Shown here one piece after another: positions 1 to 7,610 of a stretch of 32,000 nt of DNA. The notes beneath the pieces were generated by a model, which had not been told where the DNA came from, made no database searches, and saw nothing but the letters and a program-made list of their open reading frames with translations. The DNA lies in the NCBI GenBank assembly GCA_008080745.1, contig SHMX01000001.1, forward strand, positions 270,001 to 302,000, written 5' to 3'. Source of the DNA: Candidatus Thorarchaeota archaeon (lineage in GTDB: Archaea; Asgardarchaeota; Thorarchaeia; Thorarchaeales; Thorarchaeaceae). Every line of letters starts with the position of its first letter. The stretch's first letter is position 1. The translations under genes were made by a program, and so were the position numbers.

Positions 1-2
1 AG

Positions 3-251
3 CTTGTGAAGATTGGCCGCGATATACATGCAGGACAAAAGGTACGATATCTTATGACTGAGGCGGATTCAGAGACCCCAATAAGAAGAGTATGTGCACT
101 AGAATTAGTCAAGGAGAGCACCCGCTACGATGTTGAGGCATATTCAAGACTCTGTATTAGAGCATTTGAAAATCTTATCCCAGCACAGTATCTTGACAAG
201 AAGTGCTATGACCAAGACTATGAAGAGATGCTTCTGACAGATTTTTGCTAG
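3..251 (+). CDS. C-terminal end of a probable family B DNA polymerase (5' part outside window)
   Basis: Frame is open from position 3. GQKVRYLM...RYDVEAYSRLCIRAFENLI resembles the PolB C-terminal G-x-K-V-x-Y ... YD-x-x-x-Y pattern. Only about 82 residues are visible. Confidence 0.55.
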   Translation, partial: LVKIGRDIHAGQKVRYLMTEADSETPIRRVCALELVKESTRYDVEAYSRLCIRAFENLIPAQYLDKKCYDQDYEEMLLTDFC

Positions 252-254
252 AGT

Positions 255-1607
255 CTATTCGGTTATAGCATGGGCTTGTAGAGCAATACGGGGTTTTAGT
301 TCACGGATAGAAATTCCAGTTTCTTTCGCGACTTTGAGTACATCATCTGCTTCGGGTTTGATATTGATAATGCTTCCATCAAGTGCTCGGGATACCTTCA
401 CACGCACCATGAATTCTTTATCATCAATCTCTAGTTTACAGACAATTGTTTCACGTACCGCCTTCAAACGTTCCCAATTGGTATATCGAATTCCAATGGT
501 ACCTAAATGCCGGATAAGAATCTCTGCAATAGTCTTCAAACCTGATTTGGGAGCAATAACCTTGACAACAAAACAGGGCCGATTCTTCTTCCCAAAGGCA
601 GGAATGACTACAACATCGTAGGCTAGGCCTTCAGATAGTAAAAGGTCAAATACGCTTCCGATTGCCTCACCATCGGTATCATCGACATTTGTTTCGATTA
701 CAATTACTTCGTCTGCGTTCCATCCCTCTTGCATCTTCTTTCGTTCCTCTGCTTGTTCACTTGTTGTAGGAGTTGTAGGTTCTTTTGTTTCTATGGCGGT
801 AGGTGTTGAAGGTTCTGTCTTTTGTGCTTCTTTGGTTGTTGATTCTTCAAACTCAGCTTCTCCGATAATAATTCGCATTACATTTGGAATATCAAGTTCT
901 CGAATGCCAAAGCCAGCACCTTGGTTCATAGGTATAAAACCCTCTGCAGATTCGACAAATACGTCTGCTAATGTGACTAAGATTGCAGCACCAGTAGGTG
1001 TTAGGACTTCTGTATGGGCATCCCCTGGGTGAAAAGGCACATCGTGAGCTAGAAGAATCTCCTTAACAGCAGGTACAGGAACATCAAGCAATCCGTGTTC
1101 GGTCTGGATAGTTCCATTTCCTACAGCTGCTTTCGTGGAGTAAAATGTTGTGTCGTCCAATAAATCTGCAGATTGAAGCAGATATGCGGTCCCCACCAAG
1201 TCAAGAACAGTATCAATAGAACCAGTTTCATGAAGGTGTAACTTGTCAATAGGAACTTCATGAGCTCGACTCTCAGCTTGCAGAATCTCATTAAAGGCAT
1301 TTGATGCGAATTCCAGAGCCTTTTTCGATAGTTCAAGTTCTTCTGCGACTTCCTTGATAACCCGTTGCATCGAGGATGGAGAGAATCTTACAGATTGATC
1401 ATGGGAAACCTCAAGATGACAACCAGTATTGGTACCTGAACTACGAGGGACTGTCTTTACTCGCAGTGTGGGATCGTATATCAAAAGACTAGCAGCAACA
1501 GGGAGAAGGTTGTCTTCCTCACCTATCAGGTCAACCAATGCAGCTAGAAACATATCCCCAGAGGCCCCAGCAGTAGAAACATCGATTAGAACATGTTTTT
1601 TACTCAA
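255..1607 (-). CDS. larC: LarC-family nickel-pincer cofactor nickel insertase (LarC1+LarC2 fused)
   Basis: Motifs AGASGDMFLAAL, HLHETGSIDTVLDLVG, HGLLDVPVPAV, TPTGAAIL, IETNVDD, GKKNRP and KPEADD. Start moved from the ORF-track 1694 to TTG at 1607 (MSKKHVLID), just before the family N-terminal motif. Confidence 0.85.
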   Translation of the reverse strand: MSKKHVLIDVSTAGASGDMFLAALVDLIGEEDNLLPVAASLLIYDPTLRVKTVPRSSGTNTGCHLEVSHDQSVRFSPSSMQRVIKEVAEELELSKKALEFASNAFNEILQAESRAHEVPIDKLHLHETGSIDTVLDLVGTAYLLQSADLLDDTTFYSTKAAVGNGTIQTEHGLLDVPVPAVKEILLAHDVPFHPGDAHTEVLTPTGAAILVTLADVFVESAEGFIPMNQGAGFGIRELDIPNVMRIIIGEAEFEESTTKEAQKTEPSTPTAIETKEPTTPTTSEQAEERKKMQEGWNADEVIVIETNVDDTDGEAIGSVFDLLLSEGLAYDVVVIPAFGKKNRPCFVVKVIAPKSGLKTIAEILIRHLGTIGIRYTNWERLKAVRETIVCKLEIDDKEFMVRVKVSRALDGSIINIKPEADDVLKVAKETGISIRELKPRIALQAHAITE

Positions 1608-1755
1608 TCTAATTATTCTCCTAGTTGTGGGTCTGCAAACTGAGCAGGTATTCCTACCTTTTCTTTCTTTTGAGGACGAGTTCTCAGAAAGCACGCCATA
1701 TTGAAGGTGAAGGCTGTCTTAAATAACGTTGTGTAAATGAACTCTGAGCACTTGT

Positions 1756-2538
1756 TCAATCTTTCTTTCCTTTACGTCTCCATTGGTCAAATATTGCCAT
1801 ATACATACATTCAGTGGGACTAATCCACATTTCTGAAGAGTCGTATGATTGGTCTGAGAGTTCTACGGGTGCATTTCGAATCAGTGCAGCAGGAATTGAT
1901 TCGTCCGATTCACCCATGACGGCTGTACAGGCGGAGGCCAAATTATCCGCTATAGCCCTTCTTGTTATTCGCATTTCATTACCAAAGAGGTCCTTTCTCC
2001 CACGATCATCAGCAACAGGTTTGAAGCCAGCTACTCCAAGAGCCATACCAATATTACCCAATCGAAGAGGTTGTGTTCGACTATCGATAATAAGAATTCC
2101 AATCTTCAAGCCTAATCGGTCTTTAATTTGTTTTCTTAGGCGTTCTGCACTGGCTCTCGAATCTTTTGGTAGTAGTGATGCATATCCAACAGGAATATTG
2201 GATTTGTCGACACCAGCATTAGCCATTAGAGTATTATTCTTGATGGTGAGCATCACATGAGGGATTCCTCCCAGAATCTCGTCAGCCTCATCGAGTACAA
2301 GCTGGGCAACCTCGGGAATTATGGTATAACGCTCGCCTAATTCTTGAGCCTTCGATGAAACCTCGATATCTGACAGTTTGACTATTTGACCTTCAGTTGT
2401 ACCAAGAGGAGTTTCCGCAATACCGATGATATCACCGTTTTCAAGTTTGAATCCGGACTGTTCAATTCCTTCCAATAGAACTTCAATAATATCATCATCA
2501 GGAGAGATAATACGTGTCTTAATCGGGATAACGAACAT
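1756..2538 (-). CDS. cofE: CofE-family gamma-glutamyl ligase (coenzyme F420-0:L-glutamate ligase-like)
   Basis: Motifs IPIKTRII..DD, LENGDIIGIAE, MANAGVDKSN, IIDSRTQPLRLG, D.RGRKDLFG, AIADNLASA and VMGESDESIPAALIR. ATG at 2538 follows AGGTG. Confidence 0.85.
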   Translation of the reverse strand: MFVIPIKTRIISPDDDIIEVLLEGIEQSGFKLENGDIIGIAETPLGTTEGQIVKLSDIEVSSKAQELGERYTIIPEVAQLVLDEADEILGGIPHVMLTIKNNTLMANAGVDKSNIPVGYASLLPKDSRASAERLRKQIKDRLGLKIGILIIDSRTQPLRLGNIGMALGVAGFKPVADDRGRKDLFGNEMRITRRAIADNLASACTAVMGESDESIPAALIRNAPVELSDQSYDSSEMWISPTECMYMAIFDQWRRKGKKD

Positions 2539-2591
2539 GTGATGCACCTAAGGAGAAGCAATATAATCTCAAAATAAAATATACCATTGTT

Positions 2592-4007
2592 CTATGATTT
2601 CTTCCCTTTTTGTAATCTAGCTCGTTCAGACATGATACAACGGTCACCCTTTCGTCCACCCATTGGTTCATGTGGAGTTCCCATAGAATTCATACATCTA
2701 GCAGCAACAGCCGCACCCATTGCAAGTCCATCCTCAACAAACACAACAGGATTTTTCTGAACCCAGAGAGATCCATCAGCCAGATGCAGATTCTCTGCAA
2801 TAAGAAGTGGTTTTCCTGCAGAAGTAATCGCCCTACCGGTCAGTCCCAATGAAGTATTCTCAAGAATAAGATCACTCTCTTGAGCCACTGTAAGAATTCG
2901 TTGAAGAACCCGAAGTTGGACATAGTCGATGATTGTTAGAAGACCTTTTGCACCAGACTCCTGAAAGATAGCTCCACCAATTCCCTCTAAATCAGATAAT
3001 TTAGAGCCATTCTTTCCAGCATCCACACCAATCAGTACAACCCCACCTTCATCCGCAGCAGTGGGATTTACAGGAACTGTACCAAACCTGCTAGTCCCTT
3101 TTTGTATAGTTTGAACACGGATCAGTCGACTGATTTCTTCAACCCATTCCAAATTGATAGGAGCCGAGAAGGCTTGGGACGAGGCATGAAGGTCCAATGT
3201 GCATCCAAATCTGGAATCAACCTGACCACTTCCTCTGACTAGGGCATCAGGGATAGCGCCTGCTAACCCAGCAAACGAACCTATTGTCTTTGCATAGGGG
3301 TAGGAATCATTAGTTACCCTTCCGGCTAATGTAGTACCAAAATCTAGAGTCATAACAGGATTTCTGAAGTCAACTTGAGTACCCTTTGCTGCCCCCTTGA
3401 TGCCTGCAGTTACAAGCTCTCCTTCCATCTCGTTTGCGACAATTCCAGTTTCTTCAGGAGGTAGACAGCTTGCAATTGCCCCATCGAAATGAACCTTTTT
3501 CAACCAGCTAAAATCTCGAATGCCAGGAGGGAGCTTGTCAGGGTTCATAGTGGCCATCATTCTTTGAGGGGGAATTCCAGCTTTCAAACAACCATCAGCC
3601 AAAGCCTTGATGATACCATGAACTTCTTTGGGACTACCAAAACTTGCAGTCACACCGGTTGAACGAACAACAAAATGAACATCTTTTTCTCGGTTCAGTC
3701 TTGATTTCATAAGTACAGCATCTAATATGTCTGAGATGAATTCAACAACCGCTTCGTGTGTCAATTCCACACCTACAACTGTGTTTCCAAATACCTCCTC
3801 AGTGGGATGTGGTGGACGAATATTTCTTGTATGTCGCACTTCTTTAGCAATCTGATATAGAATACCCGTTTTCAGATTGGTAGTCATAAGAATACATTTG
3901 GTTGTAGTATTTCCAAGTTCTACTGAAATGACTGTGTAAAATGGACCCATCTTTAATGATGTTGTACCGATAGCTTGTGGCCAAATCGAATAGAAATTGT
4001 TACCCAA
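2592..4007 (-). CDS. Methanogenesis marker 14 (DUF2114)-like protein, ASKHA fold, diol-dehydratase-reactivase-like
   Basis: SVELGNTTTKCIL (phosphate-1-like), HFVVRSTGVTA, VANEMEGEL..AGIK, TLDFGTTLAG (phosphate-2-like) and VEDGLAMGAAVAARCMNS. TTG start 9 nt after the mtrH stop with SD GAGGTG. Confidence 0.8.
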   Translation of the reverse strand: MGNNFYSIWPQAIGTTSLKMGPFYTVISVELGNTTTKCILMTTNLKTGILYQIAKEVRHTRNIRPPHPTEEVFGNTVVGVELTHEAVVEFISDILDAVLMKSRLNREKDVHFVVRSTGVTASFGSPKEVHGIIKALADGCLKAGIPPQRMMATMNPDKLPPGIRDFSWLKKVHFDGAIASCLPPEETGIVANEMEGELVTAGIKGAAKGTQVDFRNPVMTLDFGTTLAGRVTNDSYPYAKTIGSFAGLAGAIPDALVRGSGQVDSRFGCTLDLHASSQAFSAPINLEWVEEISRLIRVQTIQKGTSRFGTVPVNPTAADEGGVVLIGVDAGKNGSKLSDLEGIGGAIFQESGAKGLLTIIDYVQLRVLQRILTVAQESDLILENTSLGLTGRAITSAGKPLLIAENLHLADGSLWVQKNPVVFVEDGLAMGAAVAARCMNSMGTPHEPMGGRKGDRCIMSERARLQKGKKS

Positions 4008-4016
4008 ACTGACACC

Positions 4017-4952
4017 TCAAACAAGTTTTCTAAAGGGATGATCCTCAGATGGTTCGATTCCGAATTCCATCTTTGCAGATTCTGCTGCAAACACATCAGC
4101 CATAGCAACTACAGGAAACACTCTATCAGCGTTACTGATGGGGCCATATAGAACATAATCCGCTCCCAGCATTTGCACAATAAGATTAGAGGCTATATCA
4201 CAGGTCTGATATGCCAGTTTATTCTCTTTCTTGAGTTTCCGTAACCAGGTCCATGATGATGGGGCGTTATGAATCCCTGAACCAGTAGGATATCCGTAAA
4301 CCGTCTTAGCAACAAATGTGAATGATGCTGATGAGCCTGCTCCAGCACCCATGGCAGTAGTTGCTGTATCTAACAGCGGTTTTGAAATCCCTATTCTTTT
4401 TGCAAGTGAGAGTAATCCCTCTTTGAGACCACCACCTCCCTCGTCCAAGATTGCTCGGCGTCCAGCTATGGAGGGATCTTGAGGGTTAAAGACAAGAACT
4501 ATTGCACAGCTGTGCTTCATATCCATAAGAGCCTGAATCTCCTCAGAAGTGACAGATACATTGATTGAATTGTATATTGCTCTATCTAACAGCCCTATTT
4601 CTTCTGCATGTTGCATTCCTGCAATCCGTACAGAAGCATCTGCTGAATCAATGATAATTGGAGAATCAGAAATATCAGTTACAAAATCGATATATTTTTT
4701 CATAGCAATAGCAGACTCGGCAAATATCTGGATTATCGCGGGATTTCCAGTACGGTGGGCCATAGTATCCTGTTGAAGAATAAGGTCTTCTGCAACCTTC
4801 TCATCGAATATACCCTGTTTAGCATCCCTTACTATTTTGTCTCCACTATAGAATATTGTTCCAGCAAGTGCTGTTGGATTCTCACCGAGATTCCCCCCGA
4901 TTTTGATTCCACCAACATCGTAGATGAATTGTTCTTTCTCAAATACAAACAT
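4017..4952 (-). CDS. mtrH: MtrH/MtxH-family methyl-pterin:corrinoid methyltransferase
   Basis: MFVFEKEQ...KIGGNLGENPTALAGTIFY, IIIDSAD, IYNSIN, LLDTA, GSGIHNAPSSW and GADYVLYGPI. ATG directly abuts the mtrA stop (TAAATG). Confidence 0.9.
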   Translation of the reverse strand: MFVFEKEQFIYDVGGIKIGGNLGENPTALAGTIFYSGDKIVRDAKQGIFDEKVAEDLILQQDTMAHRTGNPAIIQIFAESAIAMKKYIDFVTDISDSPIIIDSADASVRIAGMQHAEEIGLLDRAIYNSINVSVTSEEIQALMDMKHSCAIVLVFNPQDPSIAGRRAILDEGGGGLKEGLLSLAKRIGISKPLLDTATTAMGAGAGSSASFTFVAKTVYGYPTGSGIHNAPSSWTWLRKLKKENKLAYQTCDIASNLIVQMLGADYVLYGPISNADRVFPVVAMADVFAAESAKMEFGIEPSEDHPFRKLV

Positions 4953-5639
4953 TTAGTTCAACTCCTTTGCAACCAGGATAGTTCCAGACTCTGATTCCCG
5001 AATCTCCACACCCACGCGGCTTGGATGGGTAGATGCTATAACAAGAGGATTAGAACCCCCAATCTGGGACGTAAAAGGCTCTAATTCAAGATCATATTCC
5101 GGTATTAGTGCGATGCTTCCCCGCATCTCTTGAGCTCGTTTCTTTGCTGAATCTCCCTTGAACTCGACCCATATTGGTTGATCGGGATATGATTCGGTTT
5201 CAATTGAACGAAGCTCCTCTACTTTAGCTGCGATTATATCTGGATTGGATGTATTCATCATGTCTATGAATTCTACCTGATTGCGGAATCGTTCCACAGC
5301 TTCTAAAGGTACATTTTCGATATAGGGAATAGCTCCGGGAGCATCGATTATCTTCCTGGTATCAGCATCGATTCCGTGTTTATGTAAACATCTCATACTA
5401 GAGCCAGTCAAATGGCCCGGGACTTCTGGTCCTGCCAATATGAAGAACCGTATATTGGTGTTAGATACAACGTTCACAATTACTCGTTCAATACCAATAT
5501 TCTCGGTCTTACATGTGCCAATAATACAATAGTCTGCATCCACCTCAATCTTCTTCCCAAGTGTGCAGATAGCAATTGACCCATCTGGGACTTTTACTTC
5601 AAAATCACCGGGTACGGGAGGCCATATTTTTTCAGACAT
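4953..5639 (-). CDS. mtrA: Soluble MtrA/MtxA-family corrinoid protein with a non-membrane C-terminal extension
   Basis: WPPVPGDF, AICTLG, GTCKTENIGIERVIVNVVSNTNIRFFILAGPEVPGH (cobalt-ligand His), GAIPYIEN and VERFRNQVE. No C-terminal hydrophobic helix. ATG at 5639 follows GGAGGTG. Confidence 0.9.
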   Translation of the reverse strand: MSEKIWPPVPGDFEVKVPDGSIAICTLGKKIEVDADYCIIGTCKTENIGIERVIVNVVSNTNIRFFILAGPEVPGHLTGSSMRCLHKHGIDADTRKIIDAPGAIPYIENVPLEAVERFRNQVEFIDMMNTSNPDIIAAKVEELRSIETESYPDQPIWVEFKGDSAKKRAQEMRGSIALIPEYDLELEPFTSQIGGSNPLVIASTHPSRVGVEIRESESGTILVAKELN

Positions 5640-5651
5640 TAATAGCACCTC

Positions 5652-6569
5652 CTAATCAATTGTGCGCGGTTCGAACAGACTTCGTTCAATCCCCAAAGCC
5701 CGATTTGCCTCGGCAGTTGCAGCAGCGATAGCATTTCCTATCAAAGCAACTGCAACAAATACTTCCTTAGTTCGAATCATGGATCCGTACATGATGCAAT
5801 CTGTTGCAAATAATTGAGATGCAACAGTTGAAGCAACTACAGCTGAAAGGTGAGTCGATTCATCATCAAATCCTTCCTTTTTCAATAACTTCCATGCAGA
5901 GGGAGCATTATGAGGACCAAGACAAGTGGGCAGTCCCAGCTCGGATTTGATTGCAAGCATAGTCCTATTCTCTAACCCATAACCTGCTCCAACGGGCATA
6001 GTTGCCGGGTCAACAACCATCTTTGTAATACCCATACCCTCAGCATCCTCAATCATCGATTCAATAGTCGTCATTCTATCGGGGAGGGTAGTTGCCCTTG
6101 GAGACCATCCTAAAACTACAGCCATGTTCAACTTACTTGCTGAAAGAAGGTCTTTCTCCGCGTCCTTCATTGACAAATTGATCGAATTGTAGATTGCTCT
6201 ATCCTCAAGACCCTGTTCCTCACAGTACTGAATAGCGAATTTTCTTGCCTTTGCGCTGGTTGATTCGAACATGAAGGGGCCTTCGTAGTTCTCGGCCAGC
6301 CAGCTAATGTGATTTTCCATAGCAGTGGGTGTTCTTCCATAGGCTTGGATAATGAGTGGATGGCCGGTTTCTTTGGTCTGTGAAACTCCTGTTTCAATCC
6401 ATTCCCTTGTTAATCTCTTATCAAAACGACCTTCTTTGGTACTTTCAACAATGGGTTGTCCCTTGAAAAAAAGGCCACCTATTAGAACGGTGGGATTTTG
6501 TCCTGGCTGACCACCAATTTTTACCCCACCAAAATCGAAGACTTGTTGTTCTTTTTTGAATACAAACAT
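5652..6569 (-). CDS. Second, divergent MtrH-family methyltransferase paralogue (MtrH')
   Basis: MFVFKKEQ...KIGGQPGQNPTVLIGGLFF, FMFESTS, IYNSIN, VVDPA, GPHNAPSAW and DCIMYG are colinear with the 4017-4952 protein. SD GAGGTG overlaps the metF stop. Confidence 0.8.
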   Translation of the reverse strand: MFVFKKEQQVFDFGGVKIGGQPGQNPTVLIGGLFFKGQPIVESTKEGRFDKRLTREWIETGVSQTKETGHPLIIQAYGRTPTAMENHISWLAENYEGPFMFESTSAKARKFAIQYCEEQGLEDRAIYNSINLSMKDAEKDLLSASKLNMAVVLGWSPRATTLPDRMTTIESMIEDAEGMGITKMVVDPATMPVGAGYGLENRTMLAIKSELGLPTCLGPHNAPSAWKLLKKEGFDDESTHLSAVVASTVASQLFATDCIMYGSMIRTKEVFVAVALIGNAIAAATAEANRALGIERSLFEPRTID

Positions 6570-6578
6570 GTAGACACC

Positions 6579-7499
6579 TCACCTCGGTCGTGGTAAAAGA
6601 CCCGACCGTTTTACTATCTCAGGAAGACTCTCTTCCCATCCGACCGCCATGATATGAATTCCATCAATACCAGGAAGTTCTCGGACCTGCTCGATTGTTT
6701 CAACAGCAATGTTCAGACCCTCTGCTCGAATAGCAGTCCTCTTATCAAGGCCGGCTAATCCATTTCCTGCCATCTCCAACCTATGAATCATTGTGTCTGG
6801 TATCTTAAACCCAGGTATTCTTTGATTCATGAAAAGAGCCATTTTTGGCCCCTTCAGAGGGATTATTCCAGCAATTATTTTGATATCTTCAACTGGAATA
6901 TGACTCAGGAATTTTTCAAAGCGCGGAATGTCATAGATAGCTTGGGTCTGGAAGAATTGTGCTCCTGCTTGTTTTTTCTTTGAAACACGCATTGCCTGTA
7001 AGGGCATTGGATCCGCATAGGGATTGAACGTGGATCCAAGAAAGAATTGTGGCGTACCCTCTAAATCAGCACCTGCAAGATCTTTCCCGCTCATAAGATG
7101 TTTTGCCAATTGAAGTGCTTGAATTGAGTCAATATCATAGACCATCTTGGTCTTTGGGTGAGAGCCGAGGAGGGTATGGTCACCCGTAATGAATAGTACA
7201 TTTTCGAGCCCGAGTGCATGAGCCCCATATAATTCGCTTTGAAAGAGTACTCTATTTCGATCTCTAGCTGACATCTGAATGATGGGTTCAATACCCGCAT
7301 TAAGTAAAATATGCCCGCAGACCATGCTGCTCATCGATGGAATCCCCCGTACATTGTCTGTGATGTTTATTGCATCACAATAATCCCTGATAATGGATGC
7401 TCGCTGTGTCACCAGACTTGCATCAGCTCCATGAGGTGGAGTTATCTCTCCAGTGACTACAAACTTCTCTTCCTCAAGTAATTGATCAAGCCGTGACAG
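6579..7499 (-). CDS. metF: Methylenetetrahydrofolate reductase catalytic subunit (MetF), probable CTG start
   Basis: DAINITDN, EPIIQMSARDRNR, LFITGDH and KKKQAGAQFFQTQAIYD. The frame extends upstream of the ORF-track start (7412) through SRLDQLLEEEKFVVTGEITPPHG to an in-frame TAA at 7521-7523. The only plausible start is CTG at 7499, 9 nt after AGGAG. Confidence 0.85.
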   Translation of the reverse strand: MSRLDQLLEEEKFVVTGEITPPHGADASLVTQRASIIRDYCDAINITDNVRGIPSMSSMVCGHILLNAGIEPIIQMSARDRNRVLFQSELYGAHALGLENVLFITGDHTLLGSHPKTKMVYDIDSIQALQLAKHLMSGKDLAGADLEGTPQFFLGSTFNPYADPMPLQAMRVSKKKQAGAQFFQTQAIYDIPRFEKFLSHIPVEDIKIIAGIIPLKGPKMALFMNQRIPGFKIPDTMIHRLEMAGNGLAGLDKRTAIRAEGLNIAVETIEQVRELPGIDGIHIMAVGWEESLPEIVKRSGLLPRPR

Positions 7500-7560
7500 A
7501 TTAAAGCTCTCCTTTTCTCGTTACCATTGAGCGCGAGGCATGACTTATTTGCTTTACTTG

Positions 7561-7598
7561 AAAAATAATGGAAAAGAAGTCCCAATCATTGGAACTTC
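7561..7598 (-). terminator. Hairpin plus U-tract terminator after the first solute-binding protein gene
   Basis: The minus strand reads GAAGTTCCAA-TGA-TTGGGACTTC (10-bp stem, one G-U) followed by TTTTCCATTATTTTT, starting 12 nt after the stop at 7611. Confidence 0.6.
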
Positions 7599-7610
7599 AA
7601 TTCGTCATCA

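Noticed and set aside
1608-1694. ORF-track N-terminal extensions (larC 1694, hflX 14287, 12158, 21229, 30186 and others)
   Set aside because: They add non-homologous residues. Downstream starts fit SD positions, signal peptides or family N-termini better.
1814-2260. 148-aa plus-strand ORF
   Set aside because: Antisense shadow of cofE, with no SD and no recognisable motifs.
2592-6569. Evidence that the organism is a methanogen
   Set aside because: Only soluble MtrA/MtrH homologues and marker 14 are present. There are no mcr genes or Na+-pumping mtrCDE in the window, and such markers also occur in non-methanogens.
7500-7560. Selenocysteine or pyrrolysine readthrough explaining the missing metF start
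   Set aside because: The upstream in-frame stop is TAA, not TGA or TAG, and a well-spaced SD points to CTG 7499.
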